Shown: in pieces, positions 59,301 through 64,000 of the stretch
Layout of the letters: the number at the start of each line of letters is the position of its first letter
How positions within the stretch are numbered: position 1 is the stretch's first letter
Source of the DNA: Candidatus Poribacteria bacterium
GTDB taxonomy: Bacteria; Poribacteria; WGA-4E; WGA-3G
Assembly (NCBI GenBank): GCA_965205015.1
Contig: OZ242029.1
Location: 4,128,001-4,192,000, forward strand
Reading direction: 5' to 3'
Length of the DNA: 64,000 nucleotides
The notes under the pieces: generated by a model
Told to the model about the DNA's origin: nothing
The model's input: only the letters and a program-made list of their open reading frames with translations
Databases searched by the model: none
Program-made: the position numbers and the translations under genes

Positions 59301-60197
59301 ATGAAGATTGCGTACGCTTTTAGACGATGTGCATCGTATCCTTACAACGGCGGCGAATTACCCACCGATGCAACAGATAGACGGCGGTTTTTGGATCATG
59401 CCAAGGCGATTGGATTCGACGGAATTGAGCTTCCCGCGATGAACCTCCCTGAGACCGAAGCCAAGACGCTCCGTTTGGAACTTGAAGACGCTGGTATGCC
59501 ATGCGTTGCGATTCGTGGGGGTGGCGGTGCCGCGCATCCGCGTGTCGCTGCTGCAAACAAGCAAAGTATGATAAACGCTGTTCATTTCGCGGCGAATATC
59601 GGGGCGGGCGTTGTGAATTCCACGGTTACCACCCCACCTCGCGACCCGAACGGTAAAGGCACGTATCGCGGTGAATCCGTCTCGCAAGGGTCAAGCCGTC
59701 TCGCGAGCGCAGTGGATTATGAACGCACCGCAAAAGCCGTGAGCGAAGTCGCGGGTGTCGCTGCCAATCTGGGCGTGGAAATCTCCATAGAAATCCATCA
59801 AAACTCGATTGCGGATAACAGTTGGTCGGCACTACATCTTTTAGAATTAATCGATGCCCCAAATGTCGGTGTGAATCCCGACTTAGGTAACATCTATTGG
59901 ACTTACGATATTCCGGAGGAATCGTGCGAAGATGCGATCGCTGCGCTTGCGCCGCACGTCAACTACTGGCACTGCAAGAGTCTCTATCGTGTGCATATTC
60001 CGGAGCTGGAAACGGCTATCTATGTCCAAGCCCCGTTGCCTGACGGTGAAATCGACTACCGCTTCGCAATCGCGGCGTTACTCGAAGCCAACTACGAAGG
60101 CTATCTGGCAATCGAAGGGATACGCGATGGCGACCAGTTCCACCAAGATGGTCGGAGCGTGGCGTACGTGAAATCGGTTTTGTCGGATTTGCAGTAA
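59301..60197 (+). CDS. Sugar phosphate isomerase/epimerase (xylose isomerase-like TIM barrel)
   Basis: GFDGIEL, SIEIH, NPDLGN, HCK, YEGYLAIE. Confidence 0.85.
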   Translation: MKIAYAFRRCASYPYNGGELPTDATDRRRFLDHAKAIGFDGIELPAMNLPETEAKTLRLELEDAGMPCVAIRGGGGAAHPRVAAANKQSMINAVHFAANIGAGVVNSTVTTPPRDPNGKGTYRGESVSQGSSRLASAVDYERTAKAVSEVAGVAANLGVEISIEIHQNSIADNSWSALHLLELIDAPNVGVNPDLGNIYWTYDIPEESCEDAIAALAPHVNYWHCKSLYRVHIPELETAIYVQAPLPDGEIDYRFAIAALLEANYEGYLAIEGIRDGDQFHQDGRSVAYVKSVLSDLQ

Positions 60198-60214
60198 CAA
60201 TTGAGCACAAGAGA

Positions 60215-60303
60215 CGGAACGGAAGAAAGAAAAGAAAGGAAGGATGGAAGGATGGAAGAAGGGAAGGTTGGGTAACCCCCTTCCAATCTTCCGCCCTTCC
60301 AAC
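60215..60303. repeat. Purine-rich octamer (GGAAGGAT-like) array with opposed CTTCC array
   Basis: GGAAGGATGGAAGGATGGAAG...GGAAGGTTGGGTAACCCCCTTCCAATCTTCC. Confidence 0.6.
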
Positions 60304-60312
60304 CAAATCGCT

Positions 60313-61356
60313 ATGACACAAGAAAAAGTTCGACTCACGGCGACCGTTAAATGTGCAGGGTGAGCGTCAAAACTGGCTCCGGGTGAGCTTGCGCACATTT
60401 TAGGTAAAATCCCGAAATCCACCGATCCGAACCTGCTTGTCGGCACTGAAACCTCCGATGACGCTGGGATCTATCGTATCTCTGACGAACTCGCGCTCGT
60501 TAACACGGTGGACTACTTCACACCTATCGTGGACGATCCGTATACCTTCGGTGCGATCGCTGCGACGAACTCACTGAGTGATGTCTACAGCATGGGGGGT
60601 GTCCCGAAAACGGCGTTGAACATCACCTGTTGGCCCAAGGCTGACTTGGATCTATCCATCCTCGGCGACATCGTCCAAGGTGGCACTGAAAAGGCGATTG
60701 AGGCGGGGGCAGCACTTGTCGGTGGGCATACCGTGGATGCGCCGGAACTCATGTATGGACTCGCTGTAACGGGTATCGTGCATCCGGAGAAATTCGTCAA
60801 GAACTACGGGGCGCGTCCGGGTGAAGTGCTTATTCTTACCAAAAATCTCGGCATCGGTATTCTCACCACAGGACTGAAATTCGACAAAATTAGCGATGCA
60901 GTCTTACCGCAACTCGTCGAATCTATGACCCGACTCAACGCCTCGGCAGCATCCGTCATGCTGAAGTACGGTGCCAGTGCGTGTACAGATGTTACAGGGT
61001 ACGGCTTGTTAGGGCATGCGTCGGAGATGGCGGCGGGTAACAATGTTCGCCTCAAGATCAATAGCAGCACTGTACCATACTTTGCTGATGCCCCCGCACT
61101 TGTTGCACAGGACACCTACACGCAAGCCTATCTTGCGAATATGACGTTCCTCGCCGACAAGGTTACCTTCCACACCGATAGCGAGGCGATGCGGCACATT
61201 TTGATGGAGGCGGAAACGTCTGGCGGTCTGCTGTTCTCGCTGCCCGCAGAGAGTGCCGACGCGGCGATAGCGGACCTCCATGCCGCTGATTGTCCAGAGG
61301 CGGCTGTCATTGGAGAAGTGGTAGCAGGCGATTCCGCACATATTGAAGTTTTTTAA
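60313..61356 (+). CDS. selD: Selenide, water dikinase with in-frame UGA (Sec17)
   Basis: MTQEKVRLTATVKCAG-TGA-ASKL...SDDAGIY is in frame with DYFTPIVDDP, GGHT, TDVTGYGLLGH, ETSGGLL. Confidence 0.92.
60364..60394 (+). promoter_or_regulatory. Candidate SECIS hairpin
   Basis: Immediately 3' of the UGA: GCGTCAA...GCTC-CGGGT-GAGC-TTGCGC. Confidence 0.55.
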
Positions 61357-61363
61357 GGGGCAT

Positions 61364-61879
61364 ATGACCAAAACAGAACTTGCAAAACAGATACGTGCTG
61401 TTTCATATCTTACGGGAGAATTCGTACTCCGCTCAGGAAATATTAGCAACTTCTATTGGGACAAATACCGGTTCGAGAGTAACCCTGCCCTGCTCACTGC
61501 TATTGCTGAAGAGATGGCGAAATTACTGCCCTCCGAATGCGACGGTCTGGCAGGCTTAGAATTAGGGGGCATACCGCTGGCAACTGCCCTCTCGTTGCAA
61601 ACAGGACTACCCTGTTTCTACGTTCGGAAGGAAGCGAAAACATACGGCACCCGCAACCTCATTGAAGGCGGTGTTGCGGAAGGAAGCACACTTGTCGTCA
61701 TAGAGGATGTGATTACGACCGCAGGACAGGTCTGCACATCGATTAATCAGATCCGCGACGAGGGATATACGGTGGAACACGTTGTCGCTGCCATTGATCG
61801 ACAGGCAGGCGGTGCGGCAAAAATTAACGCGATCGGCTGTTCGTTCGCATCCGTTTTTACACTTGCGGAGTTAGCCTGA
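61364..61879 (+). CDS. pyrE: Orotate phosphoribosyltransferase
   Basis: GEFVLRSG, YVRKEAKTYG, VIEDVITTAG. Confidence 0.88.
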   Translation: MTKTELAKQIRAVSYLTGEFVLRSGNISNFYWDKYRFESNPALLTAIAEEMAKLLPSECDGLAGLELGGIPLATALSLQTGLPCFYVRKEAKTYGTRNLIEGGVAEGSTLVVIEDVITTAGQVCTSINQIRDEGYTVEHVVAAIDRQAGGAAKINAIGCSFASVFTLAELA

Positions 61880-61904
61880 CCGAACCGCAAGGAACATTAA
61901 AAAT

Positions 61905-62681
61905 ATGAAGATACTGTTTATCGGGGATATAGTTGGCAAACCCGGCAGAGTGGTAACAATCCAGTTTTTGGAAGAACACCGGCACAAATACGACTTCATC
62001 GTTGTGAATGGGGAGAACGCAGCAGGGGGCAAAGGGATAACGTTTGATATCGTTGACCAGCTTCTTGCCTCCGGTGTCTCCGCGATTACAACTGGGAACC
62101 ACGTGTGGGATAACGGAGAGATCTTCGGTTTTATAGATACAACACCTCAACTGATACGCCCTGCGAATTATCCGACCGATGTCCCTGGACGCGGTATAAC
62201 CATTGTTTCTTCCGAGGACGGACAAACGCAACTCGGGGTCATCAATCTCGCCGGGCAGCTTTTCATGAATCCTTATACCAATCCGTTTCATGCGCTCGAT
62301 TCGATTTTACCTGAGGTAAAAGCGGTAACACCTTATATCCTCCTTGACTTTCATGCGGAAGCGACCTCTGAAAAAATTGCGATGGGCTGGCACGCAGATG
62401 GCAGAATAGGGGCAGTGCTTGGCACGCACACGCACGTTCAGACAGCGGATGCGCGTGTTCTGCCACAAGGCACGGCTTACATTACAGATGTGGGTATGAC
62501 GGGACCCTACGATTCAGTGATCGGCACACGAACGGATCAGGCACTTGAACGTTTTTTAACGATGATGCCTACCCGATTCGGTGTCGCTAAAGGGAAGGGT
62601 AAACTTTGTGGTGCCGAGGTAGAACTCGACGAAGAAACCGGACTGGCAGTGAGCATCGTGCCGCTGCAACATCAGTATTAA
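61905..62681 (+). CDS. ymdB: YmdB/TIGR00282 family metallophosphoesterase
   Basis: GDIVGKPG, NGENAAGG, GNHVWD, DFHAEATSEK, GTHTHVQTAD. Confidence 0.9.
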   Translation: MKILFIGDIVGKPGRVVTIQFLEEHRHKYDFIVVNGENAAGGKGITFDIVDQLLASGVSAITTGNHVWDNGEIFGFIDTTPQLIRPANYPTDVPGRGITIVSSEDGQTQLGVINLAGQLFMNPYTNPFHALDSILPEVKAVTPYILLDFHAEATSEKIAMGWHADGRIGAVLGTHTHVQTADARVLPQGTAYITDVGMTGPYDSVIGTRTDQALERFLTMMPTRFGVAKGKGKLCGAEVELDEETGLAVSIVPLQHQY

Positions 62682-62685
62682 TGAT

Positions 62686-63915
62686 ATGCAATTAGAAATA
62701 CCTATGGCAACACGGACTGTCCGCAGTGTCAGTGAAATAACAGATTTATTGAAGCGTCTGATTGCAGAACAGCCATACCTCCAAGATGTATGGGTGCAGG
62801 GGCAGGTCTCTAATTACAGTAGATCCGCCGCTGGACATATCTATTTTACACTCAAGGATGAGAAAAGCCAAATCAGGTGTGCCCTTTTTCGGCGAGATGC
62901 CGCCCTTCTCCGATTTTTACCGCGTGATGGTGAAGAGGTCCTGGTCGGAGGGCAGATAGGTATCTACGCTGCCCGGGGTGAATATCAGATAACAGTCAAA
63001 AAAGTAGAACCGCTTGGGATCGGTGCGTTGCAACGAGCCTTTGAAGCGTTGAAACAGCAACTCACCGAGGAGGGTTTATTTGCGGCACACCACAAAAAAC
63101 CGTTGCCGGAATTCCCGATAAAAATCGGCGTGGTAACTTCCGCGACGGGTGCAGCGTTTCAGGACATCTGCCAACAACTCCGTAAGCGGTACCCATTAGC
63201 TCGAGTGGTGCTGCATCCAACGCTTGTTCAAGGTGATGGTGCCCCAGAAGGGATCGCCCATGCGTTACAAGTGATGAACCAGCGGGACGACATAGATGTG
63301 CTAATCGTCGGTCGCGGCGGCGGCTCAATCGAAGATCTCTGGGCATTTAACGAAGAACGCGTGGCGCGTGCGATCTTTGCATCTACAATTCCAGTGGTTT
63401 CCGCTGTCGGGCATGAAACAGATTTTACCATCGCCGACATGGTGGCGGATCACCGCGCACCGACCCCTTCGGCGGCAATTGAACATATCGTCCCAGATCA
63501 GGATGAGCTTCTCGCCCAATTAGACGGATACAACGCGTGGCTGCAGAGAATCATCAATGACCGATTTGATACGCACAAAACACGCCTCCAAGACCTGCAG
63601 ACACGGCTCTCGCCGACACGGCGTAAAGATGCCATCTATCAACTTCACCAAACGGTAGATACTTTGGACGTTGCATGTCGGAGTGCTGTAGGACGGAAAC
63701 TCGCTGATAGCGAACGCGATCTTCACACACTTGCGCAACGCTTAAACGCGCTGAGTCCGTTAGCCACGTTGGAACGGGGGTATAGTATCAGTCGGAAAGT
63801 AGATGGGGCGGTACTCACCTCGGCTGAACAGGTATCGATAGGTGATAAAGTTGAGATTCAACTCGCAGATGGACATCTTGTGTGTCGCGTTGAGGAACTC
63901 TTGTCAGAGGAATAA
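62686..63915 (+). CDS. xseA: Exodeoxyribonuclease VII large subunit
   Basis: GHIYFTLKD, GRGGGSIEDLWAFN, VGHETD, RAPTPS, LSPLATLERGY. Confidence 0.96.
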   Translation: MQLEIPMATRTVRSVSEITDLLKRLIAEQPYLQDVWVQGQVSNYSRSAAGHIYFTLKDEKSQIRCALFRRDAALLRFLPRDGEEVLVGGQIGIYAARGEYQITVKKVEPLGIGALQRAFEALKQQLTEEGLFAAHHKKPLPEFPIKIGVVTSATGAAFQDICQQLRKRYPLARVVLHPTLVQGDGAPEGIAHALQVMNQRDDIDVLIVGRGGGSIEDLWAFNEERVARAIFASTIPVVSAVGHETDFTIADMVADHRAPTPSAAIEHIVPDQDELLAQLDGYNAWLQRIINDRFDTHKTRLQDLQTRLSPTRRKDAIYQLHQTVDTLDVACRSAVGRKLADSERDLHTLAQRLNALSPLATLERGYSISRKVDGAVLTSAEQVSIGDKVEIQLADGHLVCRVEELLSEE

Positions 63916-63980
63916 TAGCAGTCCATCGGGAATCGGAGTTCCCTCCTACCACTGCAATAATGTAATGTTATAGGGGAAAA

Positions 63981-64000
63981 ATGACATTTGAAGAAAATTT
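63981..64000 (+). CDS. xseB: Probable start of exodeoxyribonuclease VII small subunit (partial)
   Basis: AGGGG RBS then MTFEEN, directly downstream of xseA. Confidence 0.55.

Overview
Bacterial chromosomal window. Gene content and style (LamG/NPCBM proteins ending in AVxPxxKLxTxWGxLK, a CRTAC1/TPR pair, TIR-TPR proteins, dense short palindromic repeats) suggest Candidatus Poribacteria or a relative; this is inference only. A housekeeping core (ndk, priA, family-4 UDG, rseP-dxr-cdsA-frr-tsf-rpsB, queE, selD-pyrE-ymdB-xseA-xseB) lies between and beside two defence-type islands. Island 1 (about 7.2-19.7 kb) encodes a PLD-SNF2 helicase, an Eco57I-like N6-adenine methyltransferase, and a TIR-TIR-TPR protein with a C-terminal UPF0175 antitoxin-like domain directly followed by a DUF3368 PIN protein; this pair is the best candidate for an undescribed system. 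Island 2 (about 46.7-56.4 kb) holds a DUF2280-like gene, a single-chain RM enzyme, an IS3 deletion derivative, an ABC-type ATPase plus nuclease-like pair and a Uma2 nuclease. Other highlights are a selD with in-frame UGA missed by the ORF track, REP-like palindromes inserted in frame inside proteins, nested repeat elements, and a structured leader upstream of an ankyrin gene. No rRNA, tRNA or CRISPR array was recognised. All family assignments are by eye from motifs; no searches were run.
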